NCBI GenBank assembly: GCA_947444055.1
Contig: CANEYR010000011.1
Location: 8,534-72,533 of the forward strand
Reading direction: 5' to 3'
Origin: Planctomycetota bacterium
GTDB lineage: Bacteria > Planctomycetota > UBA1135 > UBA2386
Length of the DNA stretch: 64,000 bases
Positions within the stretch are counted from its first letter, which is position 1. Every line of letters starts with the position of its first letter. Both the position numbers and the translations under genes were made by a program. Shown here one piece after another: positions 1 through 10,768 of the stretch. Under the pieces are notes generated by a model. That model did no database searches and was not told where the DNA came from. It saw only the letters and a list, made by a program, of their open reading frames with translations.

Positions 1-68
1 CATTGGAGGCCGCGCATCGTGGCCCGCGCCTCTGCGCAAAGCCATGCTGCCCGCCAGCCAACGTTCGA

Positions 69-452
69 TCAGTGCGAGGACGCTTGAGGCGACGCGTGCG
101 GCTCGCTGATGTCGGCGATCGGCGCCATCTCCTGAATCGTCTCGACCAACGCCTTCAGCGCCTTCTTCGCCACGTGCGGACTCTTCCCGAGCACTTCGCC
201 CTTGCTGTCCTTCAGCACCACGAAGGCGCCATCGTCAGCGATGTGCGGCACGAAGTGATGGATGTCGCGGACCGCCTTGCGCACATGCAAGACATCGATC
301 CCCACGGGGATACGTCCGGGGCTTTTGAGTCCAACGAGCAGCGGCGAGCCGTCGGTACCCTTGAGTGTGAACGTGTAACGGCCCTGTTCGTCGGCAATGA
401 GTTCGAAGGTTGCGTCCATACACCAGTCAGCCACGGGGGAGTGGCTCTCCAT
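69..452 (-). CDS. YegP/DUF1508 (UPF0339) family protein
   Basis: 127-aa ORF with two tandem ~50-aa repeats of the DUF1508 pattern (FELIADEQGRYTFTLKGTDGSPLL and VVLKDSKGEVLGKS). Confidence 0.65.
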   Translation of the reverse strand: MESHSPVADWCMDATFELIADEQGRYTFTLKGTDGSPLLVGLKSPGRIPVGIDVLHVRKAVRDIHHFVPHIADDGAFVVLKDSKGEVLGKSPHVAKKALKALVETIQEMAPIADISEPHASPQASSH

Positions 453-651
453 GGGCCTTGACGGTTGACCGGGGGTCGGATGTTCCCTTTGTGGGTACTT
501 TTCAGATCCGCGTTACAGGAACGGGGATCGCCAAGTTCCAGTCCTGCGGTGGATGGCACGCAGACTGCCAAGATCGCACGCCATGTGAGGCCGCCCGAAT
601 ACTTCAGCGCCGTGAGGTGGGCGTGAACTTGGCGCGCGAGCCACTGCCGGG

Positions 652-1158
652 TCACGGCCGGGGCGCGCGGGTCGATGCCCGCGAGGGCGGCGTGCCACAG
701 CTCGGTGGCCGCTTCGGCGCCAGCCACTTCCGCCAGCTCGACGCGGGCAGCGGTGAGGCGGGCAGCATCCTCTGACCAAGCAGCGACCGCGGCCTGCTGC
801 GCCGCCGCCATCGCGGCGGTGCGAGCCGACGGCGGAAGGGCACGCATCGCCAGCACCCGCGTGATCGCGTCAGCCCCATGGGCAGCAGCGGTGCCGCGAC
901 CGCGACCGGGCCGTGAACCGTGCGCGCCCGCACGACGTAGGTGCCGGCCAGCAACTGCAAGAGAACGGTGGCACCGCAGCCTGGACTCGCCATCTGCGTG
1001 CACTCGTCGCCAGCGACCACATCGACGGTGAGCGGCAGTTGTTCGGGGTTCTCAATGCACAGCTCCATCACCACCGGTTGGGTGCCGAGCGGTGTGGCAT
1101 GGCAGCCAACGAGCACACTGACGGCAAGGAAGCAGGTGACGACGTGAGGCATGAGCAA
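652..1158 (-). CDS. Putative lipoprotein; reading frame appears inconsistent downstream
   Basis: The N-terminus MPHVVTCFLAVSVLVGC has a lipobox (LVGC). The first ~95 aa look protein-like. The rest is Arg-rich off-frame-like sequence, while a second frame (ORF 212..1003) looks protein-like from about 850 down to about 530. Confidence 0.3.
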   Translation of the reverse strand: MLMPHVVTCFLAVSVLVGCHATPLGTQPVVMELCIENPEQLPLTVDVVAGDECTQMASPGCGATVLLQLLAGTYVVRARTVHGPVAVAAPLLPMGLTRSRGCWRCVPFRRRLAPPRWRRRSRPRSLLGQRMLPASPLPASSWRKWLAPKRPPSCGTPPSRASTRAPRP

Positions 1159-1255
1159 GGAGGCAGACTACGGAGCGACCCGGTTGCCTACAGAAATCGT
1201 GAGACCCGCACTCCACCGCACGACGTTACGATCCGCGCCCTTGCTGGAGGATCGC

Positions 1256-3940
1256 ATGCTGCAAAAGGCCCTGATCGCGCTACTCGTGGTGTTGCTGCTC
1301 GGAGCAGGGTTGGCCGCGTACTTCGCAGCCGACAGCGCCAACCTCGAGCAACCACCCAGTCTCCCGACCGCGACCGCGACTGCCAGCGAAGCGGTCGCGG
1401 CGGCCAGCACGCCCACCCAGCCAACCGATGCCACTGCCGACACCGGCAGCGCCGAACGGGCCGTCGCCGAAGCGCTGACCGACGCCACCCAGCGCCCGCT
1501 GCCCGACAAGCAAAACTGGATCGAGGTCAAGGTCATCGACAAGGCCACCGGTTCGCCAAGTTCTGGCGCGATCGTGCATTGGTTTGACGAGACAGCGTGG
1601 GAGTACCTCGTCAAGAAACAGCCAGAACTCGCCATGTCACATGGCGAATTGCATTGGCAGGGCGAACGTCTCGCCGAGCTCGCGGGCTGGCGAACACGCA
1701 GCAATGCCGAAGGCCAAGCACGCGTCACGGGCAAGGGATCCTTGACAGTGATCGCCCAGCACGAATCGCTCTACGGCAAGCTGCAGCTGCAGAGCAACGC
1801 GGTGTTGCCGATCGGCGGCCACGTGATCGAACTCGTGCCCGAGCTGTGCCTGCTGGTGCGCGCCGTCAACGAACGCGGCCAGCCATGCGTCAACGTGCCG
1901 GTATCGGTCGCGATCTTCACCAAGGGAGGCGACCAGATCGGGCCGTTCGGTTGGTCTGCACTCGCGAACACCCGCGCCCCGGACGGCATCGCCACGATCC
2001 GGCACTTGCAGAGTCTGCGAGCGGATGTGTTCGGATGGGGCGAGGAGGCCTCGGCGAACTTGGTGTGGCGGGCGCGGTTGTTCTTGCCCGGCGTTGCAGA
2101 ACAAGGAACCGCCTTCAACCCATTGGCCCCACCGACCGAGCCGATCGAGTTGCGCGTGCCACCCTGCGGCAGTGTGCGCATTCGCGGCACATTCGCGGGC
2201 AAGCCACTGCCGGGCTTTGACTCCGCATCGATCTCGGCCGTGCAAGAGAACGAACACCGATTCTACGACTCCGCGCGCCAGCAACCCGTCGATGCGGATG
2301 GGCAGGTGCGGTTTGCGTGGGTGCCGATCGGCCAGCCATACAACGCCTACACCCAGGCAATCGGCGGCATCTCGACCACGTTCGCGGGCCCTCGAGCGAG
2401 CGGGCAAGAAGTGGAAGTCGTGCTCGAACCAACCGGCGACACCGTGCTGCTGACGGGGCGCTTGCTGATGCCCGACCGCACGCCGCTCGCCGAGCAAAAG
2501 GTGCAAGCTCGCGCGACCGGCCCCGAACTGCGCAACCAAGTCGAGCTAGGCACCGATCGCGACGGTCGCTTCCTGTTTTCGGTTGGGACGGCACAGAAAG
2601 AGAACCGCGTCGACCAGCTGTGGTTTGAACTGCGCCGGACCGGCGAGCAACCGCTGCGCGCGGAGGCCAGCGGCCGCACCCTGCGCGCGGGCAGTGAAGA
2701 ACTCGGCGACCTCGTGCTCGGCGATGGCACGCTCGTCGTTGCGGGACGCGTGGTCGCCAACGGCGAGCCCTACCTCACGCCAGTTCAGTTGCGCGTCGAA
2801 CGCGAGAGTGCTGCCGACGGCAAGCGTGCCGCCCAGTGGCGCCGCGTTGACGGCATGCTCAATCACCAAGACGGCGCGGGTGGTTTTGCGATCCGCGGCA
2901 CGGCGATCCCCGGCCGCTATCGCCTGGTGCCCTCGACCGATCGTGCCCTGCCGACTGCGCCGATCGAGTTCGCAGTGGGTGCGAGCGATGTCGTCGTCAG
3001 CCTCGATTGTGGGCAGTCGTTCGCGGCCAGTGTGCTGTTGCCCGATGGCGCCTCGTCGCAGTTCATCACGGTCGCACTGGTGCCGCCGACGCCGCCGACA
3101 CCGTCGACGCCAACGTCGCCGGACGGGCGACGCAACGATCGGCTGACCAGCAACCTTGGCCAAAAACGCGGGCCGCGCCACGACGTGCTATGGCCTGCCG
3201 TTCCCGCCGGCACCTACTCGCTCGAAGTTCGGTTGTGGGCCATCGGCAAACCGCTGGTGACGATTGCCGGCGTCGTGCTGCCGCTGCCGAAGGAAGGCGA
3301 TGCGCGCCTCGTCGACATCGACCTGCGGTCGCTGGTGCGCAACGTGACGCTTGGCTTGCACGGCGCCGATGGCGTCCTGATAGAGAACGCCAACGGCCTC
3401 GCCTTCCCGGCGGTGCAAGCATCGAGCACCGAGTGGGTCGGGCTGCAGCTCTACGGCACCAAGCCGCAGCTGCTGCTGCCCACCGGACCGTTCGACCTGC
3501 TGGTGTGCCTGAGCGGCTACCGGCCACTACCGGCTCGCGGCAACAGCGACCACATCGACCTGCGCTGCGATCTGTGGCCAACCTTGTCGGTGCTCGTTCC
3601 CGGCATTCCCAAGTTGCCCGAAAAGGCGCGTGTCACCGTCTCCCTGAAGTCACCCTCGGTACCGGACCAGCGCTACCGCAGCCAGTGGTCATCTGGCGAG
3701 CGCAGCGAGTACATGCAACCGCAAGGCCACCAAGTGTCGGTGCGCGATGGCAAGGCGAGCGTGCCGATCGGCGAGGGCATCTACGGCCTGCGCGTGCAAG
3801 TCAGCGCGAACCGGCAGCAGCACACGATCGAAGGCCACACGCCGACGGAGGTGTTGTCGACTGCCGGCGAAGTGACCGTGGCGGTGCCGGCGGCGCAGTG
3901 GCAAAAAGCGATCGAGGCCATCTCGAAGCCCGCGAAGTGA
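1256..3940 (+). CDS. Large membrane-anchored/secreted protein with repeated beta-sandwich (carboxypeptidase-regulatory-like) segments
   Basis: GGAGGA lies 4 nt upstream of the ATG at 1256. The N-terminus has a TM/signal anchor (MLQKALIALLVVLLLGAGLAAYF). A long ORF follows with Ala/Thr/Pro linkers and a PTPPTPSTPTSP linker. No catalytic motif was recognised. Confidence 0.6.
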   Translation: MLQKALIALLVVLLLGAGLAAYFAADSANLEQPPSLPTATATASEAVAAASTPTQPTDATADTGSAERAVAEALTDATQRPLPDKQNWIEVKVIDKATGSPSSGAIVHWFDETAWEYLVKKQPELAMSHGELHWQGERLAELAGWRTRSNAEGQARVTGKGSLTVIAQHESLYGKLQLQSNAVLPIGGHVIELVPELCLLVRAVNERGQPCVNVPVSVAIFTKGGDQIGPFGWSALANTRAPDGIATIRHLQSLRADVFGWGEEASANLVWRARLFLPGVAEQGTAFNPLAPPTEPIELRVPPCGSVRIRGTFAGKPLPGFDSASISAVQENEHRFYDSARQQPVDADGQVRFAWVPIGQPYNAYTQAIGGISTTFAGPRASGQEVEVVLEPTGDTVLLTGRLLMPDRTPLAEQKVQARATGPELRNQVELGTDRDGRFLFSVGTAQKENRVDQLWFELRRTGEQPLRAEASGRTLRAGSEELGDLVLGDGTLVVAGRVVANGEPYLTPVQLRVERESAADGKRAAQWRRVDGMLNHQDGAGGFAIRGTAIPGRYRLVPSTDRALPTAPIEFAVGASDVVVSLDCGQSFAASVLLPDGASSQFITVALVPPTPPTPSTPTSPDGRRNDRLTSNLGQKRGPRHDVLWPAVPAGTYSLEVRLWAIGKPLVTIAGVVLPLPKEGDARLVDIDLRSLVRNVTLGLHGADGVLIENANGLAFPAVQASSTEWVGLQLYGTKPQLLLPTGPFDLLVCLSGYRPLPARGNSDHIDLRCDLWPTLSVLVPGIPKLPEKARVTVSLKSPSVPDQRYRSQWSSGERSEYMQPQGHQVSVRDGKASVPIGEGIYGLRVQVSANRQQHTIEGHTPTEVLSTAGEVTVAVPAAQWQKAIEAISKPAK

Positions 3941-3944
3941 GCGC

Positions 3945-4205
3945 TTGCCAGGCGCCACCACGCCGCCCACCATGCACGGCCCCGCTCCCGTGACGAACAC
4001 CCCCATCAAACAAGTCTGGATCGAAGCCGGCTGCATCTGCTGCAAGCTGTGCCAAGACATCGCGCCGCAGGTGTTCTCGGTCGAGGACGACAAGGACTGC
4101 ATCGTCAAGGCAGACGCCGGGGTGCACTTCGCCAGGCTGCGCGACGACATCGAGCAAGCGATGCGCGACTGCCCGGTCGAAGTCATCAAGCTCGCGCACG
4201 GCTGA
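3945..4205 (+). CDS. Ferredoxin (single Fe-S cluster type)
   Basis: It carries CxxCxxC (CICCKLC) plus a distal CP (MRDCPVEV). The 86-aa size is typical of small ferredoxins. Confidence 0.75.
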   Translation: MPGATTPPTMHGPAPVTNTPIKQVWIEAGCICCKLCQDIAPQVFSVEDDKDCIVKADAGVHFARLRDDIEQAMRDCPVEVIKLAHG

Positions 4206-4225
4206 GGCGCGGCGGCCAATGCCCG

Positions 4226-7200
4226 TCAGGTGCCGGGGTTCGTCACCGAAACGTTGAAGTACTTCGCCGCCGGGTGATGGCAGATCACCGCCGACGTGCT
4301 CTGTTCTGGCACCAGCTGGAACTCTTCGCTCAGCACCACGCCGATGCGCGACGCCTCAAGCAACGGCAGCAGCTTTTGCTGGTCTTCGATGTTGGGACAG
4401 GCCGGATAGCCGAACGAGAACCGGCTGCCTTGGTACTTCTGCTTGAAGAGGTCGTCGATGTCCGGCGCGTCGGCGACCGCAATGCCGAGCTGCTGACGCA
4501 TGCGCTTGTGCCAGTACTCGGCCAGCGCCTCCGCACCTTCGACCGACAAGCCGTGGAAGTGCAGGTACTCGTCGTAGCGGTTCTCGCGGAACAGGCGTTC
4601 GCTCTCGAGCGTCGCCACGGCCCCCATCGTCACCAGCGAGAAGCCGACGACGTCGAGCTCGCCGCTCTCCTTGCTGCGGAAGAAGTCCGTCATGCACAGC
4701 CGGCGACCACCGGGCTGGCGCGGGAAGTCAAACCGACAGATCTCGGTCTTGCGATCGAGATGGTCGAGCACAATCAGCGTGTTGCGGTCGGCGAAGCACG
4801 GCCAGTAGCCGTAGACCACGCGCGGCTCGAGCGTCTTGTCGGTGCGCACCTTCTTCGCCAGTTCGCGGAAGCGCGGCTCGACCGTCTCCGCGATGAAGCG
4901 CGTGTAGTCCGCTTCGCTGCGCTTGCCTTGCTTGTATTGCCACTGCAACCGGAAGAGCGCCTTCCTGTTGACGTACTGAAGGACTGTGCCGAGATCGAGT
5001 TCTTCCGGCGTCACCACCGCGGGCCCCCAGAACGGCGGTGTTGGCACTACAGCGGCCGGCGCCACGCCGCTGTTGGTGTATTCGGCGAACGCGCGCGCCA
5101 ACAACTGCTCTTTCTCGTGGCGCGACATGCGGCGATGACTGGTCACCCGCTTGCCGGGCTCGGGCGACTGCGTCAGCGTCTTGGCCTTCGAACGCCCGGT
5201 CAGCTCGTCCATGATGTGCAAGCCTGAGAACGCGTCGGTGCCGTAGTAGACGGGACCAGTCGTGTAGGCCTCGCGCAGGTCGCTCTCGACGTAGTGGCGA
5301 TTGAGCGCCGCACCACCGCAGATGACCGGCGTCGTGATGCCGCGCTGGCTCATCAGCTCGAGGTTCTCCTTCATCACCACGGTCGACTTGACGAGCAGCC
5401 CGCTCATGCCGATCGCGTCCGCCTTGTGTTCCTTGCCCGCTTCGAGGATGCGATCGATCGGCACCTTGATGCCGAGGTTGACGACGCGATAGCCGTTGTT
5501 GCTGACGACGATGTCGACCAGGTTCTTGCCGATGTCGTGCACGTCGCCGCGCACGGTGGCGATCACCATCACGCCCTTGGCCTCGCCTTCGACCTTGTCC
5601 ATGAACGGCTGCAGGTAGGCGACCGCCGTCTTCATGCATTCGGCACTTTGCAGCACGAACGGCAATTGCATCTCGCCGCTGCCGAACAACTCGCCAACCA
5701 CTTTCATGCCGTCGAGCAGCACGTCGTTGATGATCGCCAGCGGCGTGTACTTCTGGCGCGCCTCGTCGAGGTGCTTGCCGATGCCAATCTTGTTGCCGTC
5801 GACGATGCGCTTCTTCAGCCGCTCTTCGATCGGCAGCGAGTTCTCGTCGGTGCCCGAACTGGTGTCGATGCGCTTCTTGCCAGTGAAGCGCGCCAGGAAC
5901 GCAAACAACGGGTCGTAGCCGTCGCGGCGGCGGTCGTAGATCAGATCGAGCGTGACCTGGCGATCGCCGTCGTCGAGCTTGTGCGTCGGGATGATCTTGC
6001 TCGCATGCACGATCGCGGCATCGAGGCCGTGCTTGCGCGCCTCGGCGAGATAGACCGAGTTGAGAATCTGGCGCGGATACGGATCGAGCCCGAAGCTGAT
6101 GTTGGAGAGGCCGAGGATCGTGCGCACGCCGGGGATGTGCTTCTTGATCAACTCGATGCCCTTCAGCGTCTGCACGCCCGCATCGCGCGACGCTTCGTCG
6201 CCGGAACCGATCGTGAACGTCAGCGGGTCGAAGATCAGGTCGCCCGGGTTCATGCCGTGGCGATGCACCACGATGTCGTGCAGGCGCTTCGCGACCTCTA
6301 ACTTGCGCTCGGCGGTCTTGGCCATGCCGTCTTCGTCGATCGTCAGCGCCACGAACATGGCGCCGTAGCGGCGCGCCAGACGGCAAAGCGCGTCGGCCTT
6401 CTCTTCGCCGTCCTCGAGGTTGATCGAGTTGATGATCGCGCGCCCTGGGATCACTTGCAGCGCCTTCTCGACCACGTCGATCTGCGTGCTATCGACCATG
6501 ATCGGCGCCGTCACCTGCTGCACCATCGGTCGCAACAGCTTCAGCATGTCGCCGGCTTCGTCGCGGCCGACAAACGCCATGCAGACGTCGAGCACGTGCG
6601 AGCCTTCATGCACCTGCTCTTTGCCCATGTGCAGCATGCCGTCGACATCGCCCGCCACCATCAGCTCCTTGAACTTGCGCGAGCCGTTCGCATTCGTGCG
6701 TTCGCCGATGATCAACGGACCACTGTCCTGATCGAGCGGGGTGGCATGGAACAGCGACGCCAATTGCGGCTGGTAGTCAGTTGGACGTTCGCGCGGGCGC
6801 AGCGCCTTCATGCCCTCGGCCATCGCCGCGACGTGCTCTGGCGTGGTGCCACAGCAGCCACCGACGACGCCGACGCCAAACTCGGTGACGAACCGTGCCT
6901 GGAAGCGCGCCAGCTCGGCGGGTGTCAGGTCGTAGACCGCTTTGCCGCCGACGTTGCGCGGCAGGCCGGCGTTTGGCATCACCATGATCGAACGCGTCGT
7001 GGTCTTGCCGAGGTGGCGCACCGACTCCTGCATGAGGTCGGGGCCGGTCGCGCAGTTGAGGCCGACGACATCGACTGGCAGCGCTTCGAGCGTCGTCACG
7101 GCCGCCGCGATGTCACTGCCGACCAGCATGGTGCCCGTGGTCTCGATCGTCACCGTGCAGAAGATCGGCACTTCACGACCGAGATCCGCCATCGCATCCC

Positions 7201-7753
7201 GCGCCGCCATGATCGCGATCTTGACCTGCAGCAGGTCCTGGCACGTCTCGATGTTGAGGCAGTCGACGCCACCAGCGATCAGGCCCTTGGCGTAGATGCG
7301 GTAGGCATCGAATTGCTCTTCGGGCGTGATGTGGCCGAGCGTCACCAGCTTGGTGCCGGGCCCCATGCTGCCAGAGACGAAGCGCGGCCGTTCCTTGGTC
7401 GAGAACTTGTCGGCCGCCTTGCGCGCGACCTGGGCGGCGATCTCGTTCAGTTCAAACGCGCGATGCGCGAGGTCGAACTCCGCCAAGACGTACGGCATGC
7501 CGCCGAAGGTGTTGGTCTCGACGACATCGGCGCCCGCCGCGTAGTAGCGCTCGTGAATCGCCTGGATGACGTCGGGGCGCGTCTCGACCAACAACTCGTT
7601 GCAGCCTTCGAGGCCGCGGAAGTCGTCGAGGGTCAGATTCGCCATGTGAATCTGCGTTCCCATGCCCCCGTCGAACACCAGCACGCGGTCGCGCAGCACA
7701 CGAAGGATCGGGAATTGGTCGAGGCGGGCGCGAGGGTCGAAACGAGGCGTCAT
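4226..7753 (-). CDS. metH: Cobalamin-dependent methionine synthase
   Basis: ~1175 aa with an Hcy-binding N-terminus (VFDGGMGTQI), a pterin-binding region, the B12-binding motif GDVHDIGKNLV, and a C-terminal AdoMet-activation domain. The start is taken at MTPRFDP (7753). The ORF is open to 7804. Confidence 0.95.
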   Translation of the reverse strand: MTPRFDPRARLDQFPILRVLRDRVLVFDGGMGTQIHMANLTLDDFRGLEGCNELLVETRPDVIQAIHERYYAAGADVVETNTFGGMPYVLAEFDLAHRAFELNEIAAQVARKAADKFSTKERPRFVSGSMGPGTKLVTLGHITPEEQFDAYRIYAKGLIAGGVDCLNIETCQDLLQVKIAIMAARDAMADLGREVPIFCTVTIETTGTMLVGSDIAAAVTTLEALPVDVVGLNCATGPDLMQESVRHLGKTTTRSIMVMPNAGLPRNVGGKAVYDLTPAELARFQARFVTEFGVGVVGGCCGTTPEHVAAMAEGMKALRPRERPTDYQPQLASLFHATPLDQDSGPLIIGERTNANGSRKFKELMVAGDVDGMLHMGKEQVHEGSHVLDVCMAFVGRDEAGDMLKLLRPMVQQVTAPIMVDSTQIDVVEKALQVIPGRAIINSINLEDGEEKADALCRLARRYGAMFVALTIDEDGMAKTAERKLEVAKRLHDIVVHRHGMNPGDLIFDPLTFTIGSGDEASRDAGVQTLKGIELIKKHIPGVRTILGLSNISFGLDPYPRQILNSVYLAEARKHGLDAAIVHASKIIPTHKLDDGDRQVTLDLIYDRRRDGYDPLFAFLARFTGKKRIDTSSGTDENSLPIEERLKKRIVDGNKIGIGKHLDEARQKYTPLAIINDVLLDGMKVVGELFGSGEMQLPFVLQSAECMKTAVAYLQPFMDKVEGEAKGVMVIATVRGDVHDIGKNLVDIVVSNNGYRVVNLGIKVPIDRILEAGKEHKADAIGMSGLLVKSTVVMKENLELMSQRGITTPVICGGAALNRHYVESDLREAYTTGPVYYGTDAFSGLHIMDELTGRSKAKTLTQSPEPGKRVTSHRRMSRHEKEQLLARAFAEYTNSGVAPAAVVPTPPFWGPAVVTPEELDLGTVLQYVNRKALFRLQWQYKQGKRSEADYTRFIAETVEPRFRELAKKVRTDKTLEPRVVYGYWPCFADRNTLIVLDHLDRKTEICRFDFPRQPGGRRLCMTDFFRSKESGELDVVGFSLVTMGAVATLESERLFRENRYDEYLHFHGLSVEGAEALAEYWHKRMRQQLGIAVADAPDIDDLFKQKYQGSRFSFGYPACPNIEDQQKLLPLLEASRIGVVLSEEFQLVPEQSTSAVICHHPAAKYFNVSVTNPGT

Positions 7754-8001
7754 CGTGCGTTTTGGGCGCGGCAGCATACGCCCCCAAAGAGCGCCCCAGG
7801 CCATGGTTTCCCCGGCCTATCGCGTTGGCGACGTCCTTGGCTAGAGCCACTTTCGCACTTGCCGAGGTCGAGCAGGCCTAAGACACGCCCGACGGCCCCG
7901 GATGCTTCGTGAGCGACCCCCCGTTCCCTCCAAAGAGGGTGGCATCGGGGTTCGACCAGCGAAAACGGACCAACGCGGCAGTTCTTGCGTCATGGCGGCC
8001 C

Positions 8002-9470
8002 TCACCGCCTCGGCAACTGCACGCGCAAGGCTTTCTGCGCCGTTGCAACCAGCGTGTCGACGACGGCGGAGCGGTGACCCGGGGCGCTGACAAACAGGCG
8101 CTGCGCACCACATGGCAGGCCGCGCAAGCCAGCGCCGCCACCCGTCGCCTCGATCCATTGGTCCTCGAACACGACGACCGCATCGAGCGGTTCGCCGTCG
8201 CTGCCAACCACCGTCAGATCCAACTGGCCTGCTGGCACCGTGATGCACCACGGCCCTTCGCCGCGCAACAACGTGCGGAACGGCAGCGATTGCTCGTTCT
8301 GCTGCACGAACACCACGTCACCGCTGCGCAGATCCGGGCCTCGCCACGCCCCATCGCTGCCGAGCGCCCATTCTTGGTACTGGCCAACCTGCTGCCACCC
8401 TGGCCGCGCGAACGCCCCGTGCGCCTTGCGCAACGGCGCCCCATCCGCACCGACCACCCGCAATGGATGTGGCGACTCCAGAGCCACGTTCCCCACCTCG
8501 ACCGTCTCCGCCGACCCTCGGCGCGGCACCTGAACCCACAGCAATCGCGAGCGCAGCGCCTGGGCATCATCTTCCACTTCAAGCAACCGCATGCCGGCGG
8601 ACTCGGTTGGCAATTCGAACCGCCCATCGGCGCCGAAGACCCACTCGCCCTCTTCACGCTGCTCGTCTTCGGACCAGCGCGTGCGCAGACGAACTCGGGC
8701 CGCGCGCGGTTGCCCACGCGGATCGACGACTTGGCCACGGACACGCACGTCATCGGTCCAGCGGACCACGAGCGGATCCGGCACCAAGCTCGCGTCCGCG
8801 AACACAAACTCGCGCGACGAAGAATCGCCGCGACTTGTATCGACCACGCCCAGAATGAACGCGCCGGTGAGCGGCACTTGGACCGCCTCTGGTTCTGCAG
8901 GCGCCGACGCCGGTTGGCCTTCGTACCGCACAAACAACCGCAAGGTCGCCGCCTTTGCATTCTCGACCTGCACGCCGCAGAAGCCGATGTGCGCACCAGG
9001 TGCTGGTTGCCCCAGCCAGTCCTTGATGACAACCGGCACGTTGAAGGCCGCGCCCAGTCGCCATGGCGGCGCCCAGTGACCACTGCGACTGACCGTTCCG
9101 TATTTGGGATGACGCAGCACTTGCAGGTGCCAATCGCGATCACCATTCGGTCGCGCAATGCGCACGAACCCTTCGGCATCGCTGACGCCACGGTGCGAGA
9201 ACCAAAACTCGCCAGCCATCGGCGCCTTGCTCTCCTCGACCAAGAACACCTCCGCGCCAGCGACCGGCTCGCCGGTGAAGTCATCGAGGATGCGAGTGAG
9301 GTACGGCCCACGATCCTTTGCTACCGCCCCGGGAAACAGTTCGTCCGCGATGGTGACGCGTTCGGGCGCCACGCAGGCGGTGAATGCGAGCAACGGCAGC
9401 GCCAGAGTGCAGCGTGTAGAGGACAGTCGCATAGGGAAGGCAGCCGCGCAGGCAAGGCTCGTGCCGTTCA
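8002..9470 (-). CDS. Secreted hypothetical protein (beta-sandwich repeats)
   Basis: A signal-like N-terminus (MRLSSTRCTLALPLLAFTAC) lies inside the longer 738-aa ORF. The upstream part of that ORF is antisense to the ThrE gene. The alternative start is at 9431. Confidence 0.55.
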
Positions 9471-9500
9471 TGACGCCCGCGCTGACCGTCGCGAGCCCCG

Positions 9501-10721
9501 TCAAGCAAGGCGGCGCGAATCTGGCTCGACATCCAGCGGCGGCGGCAACAGCACGCCGGCCATCAACAGACCAGCCACGATCGATCCACCGACGAGCGCC
9601 ATCTGGAACAAGAACGGCACGCTCTGCGACGAATCGGACAACGCCGTCGTCAGTCCGCGCAAACCGAGACTGCCTGGCACCAACAACATCAGCCCCGGCG
9701 TTCGCATCACCGCGGCCGGTCGCCGCTGCCATCGCGCAAACACGTTGGCGGCAAGCGCGACGCCCAGCGCGCCGACGAACGCGCCGAGTTCGCGGCCGAG
9801 CACTTCTGCCCCCAGGCGCGCACCGCCATAGCCGATCGCGACCGCGAGCAGCATCCACAGCGTTTGGTTGCGGCGTGCACGCAGCAGAATGACGAACGCG
9901 ATCCACGTCGACGCGAGTGCCAACAGATGCCAAGCCAGCGGCAAGCGATCCACCACCGGCGGCGTCAGCGCGCCGACCAAGGCCTCCGCACAGCGATCGC
10001 CGATGCCGACGCCGACCGCCATCGTCAACAGCACCGCGAGCGTTCCCATCAGGCGAGCACTTCCAGAAGCGAGATGACGCATCGCCAGCTCTGCCAAGGC
10101 CGTCGTGAACGACAATCCAGGCAACAGCACAACGATCGCAGCGAAAGTGGCCACCGTGGCATCCACCGCCAGGCCACACGCAGCCGCCAGGTGAACAAGG
10201 AAGGCGACGACGGCGCATGCGAGCGGAGCCTGCACGTCGCCGAGCCCTGGGCGCCAGCTCGAGACGATCGAGATCAAACCGACCACCAGCCCAGCGACGC
10301 CGGCCACCGCGACTTCCAAAGCGCCGCCGCCAAACAGCACGCCAGCACCCGCACCGGCCAAGCCGTGCGCCAGCACATCGAGCATGGGGCGTTGCTGGCT
10401 TGGCGACGCCATCACCGCCTGCACTCGCAACAGGCCGTCCTGCGGCGACAGCCGACCGCCGACGACCAAGTCGCGGATCGCATACAGCTCCGCGAGGCGG
10501 CCGAGGTCATGGGCTCCCGGCTGCACCCTGAGCAAGTGCGTCGTCGCTTCGCCGCCGCGTTCCCCGAGAGCCGCCATGATCGCGGTCGGCGTCGAGAAGA
10601 AGCTGCCCTGCAAACCGAGCGCGCGGCAACACGCGTCCATCGAGTCTTCGACGCGGTAAGACGGACTGCCGAGCGCGTGCATCGCCCGGCCGATCTCCAG
10701 CACGAACTGGTTCCTGGTCAC
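9501..10721 (-). CDS. Threonine/serine exporter (ThrE) family membrane protein
   Basis: It has a ThrE/DUF1212-like N-domain (FVLEIGRAMHALGSPSYRVEDSM) followed by many TM helices. The GTG start at 10721 was chosen because the ORF otherwise overlaps fliN. Confidence 0.75.
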   Translation of the reverse strand: MTRNQFVLEIGRAMHALGSPSYRVEDSMDACCRALGLQGSFFSTPTAIMAALGERGGEATTHLLRVQPGAHDLGRLAELYAIRDLVVGGRLSPQDGLLRVQAVMASPSQQRPMLDVLAHGLAGAGAGVLFGGGALEVAVAGVAGLVVGLISIVSSWRPGLGDVQAPLACAVVAFLVHLAAACGLAVDATVATFAAIVVLLPGLSFTTALAELAMRHLASGSARLMGTLAVLLTMAVGVGIGDRCAEALVGALTPPVVDRLPLAWHLLALASTWIAFVILLRARRNQTLWMLLAVAIGYGGARLGAEVLGRELGAFVGALGVALAANVFARWQRRPAAVMRTPGLMLLVPGSLGLRGLTTALSDSSQSVPFLFQMALVGGSIVAGLLMAGVLLPPPLDVEPDSRRLA

Positions 10722-10768
10722 GACGCCGAGCCTAGTCTGACTAGGCCCCAGTTTCCCGATCCGCCCCG

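Noticed and set aside
7754-8001. Possible riboswitch (cobalamin, SAM or SAH class) in the ~250-nt leader of metH.
   Set aside because: I could not find the B12-box or the SAM/SAH core consensus on the minus strand. Only a short CCCTC-TTTG-GAGGG hairpin is present. A covariance-model scan would be needed to exclude it formally.
8002-10218. 738-aa minus-strand ORF, and likewise 14481..16052 (523 aa) and 50069..51220 (383 aa), as full-length genes.
   Set aside because: In each case the N-terminal extension is Arg/Ala/Gly-rich. It overlaps a neighbouring well-supported gene (thrE-like, fliH, metallophosphoesterase). Internal starts give products of normal size with proper N-termini.
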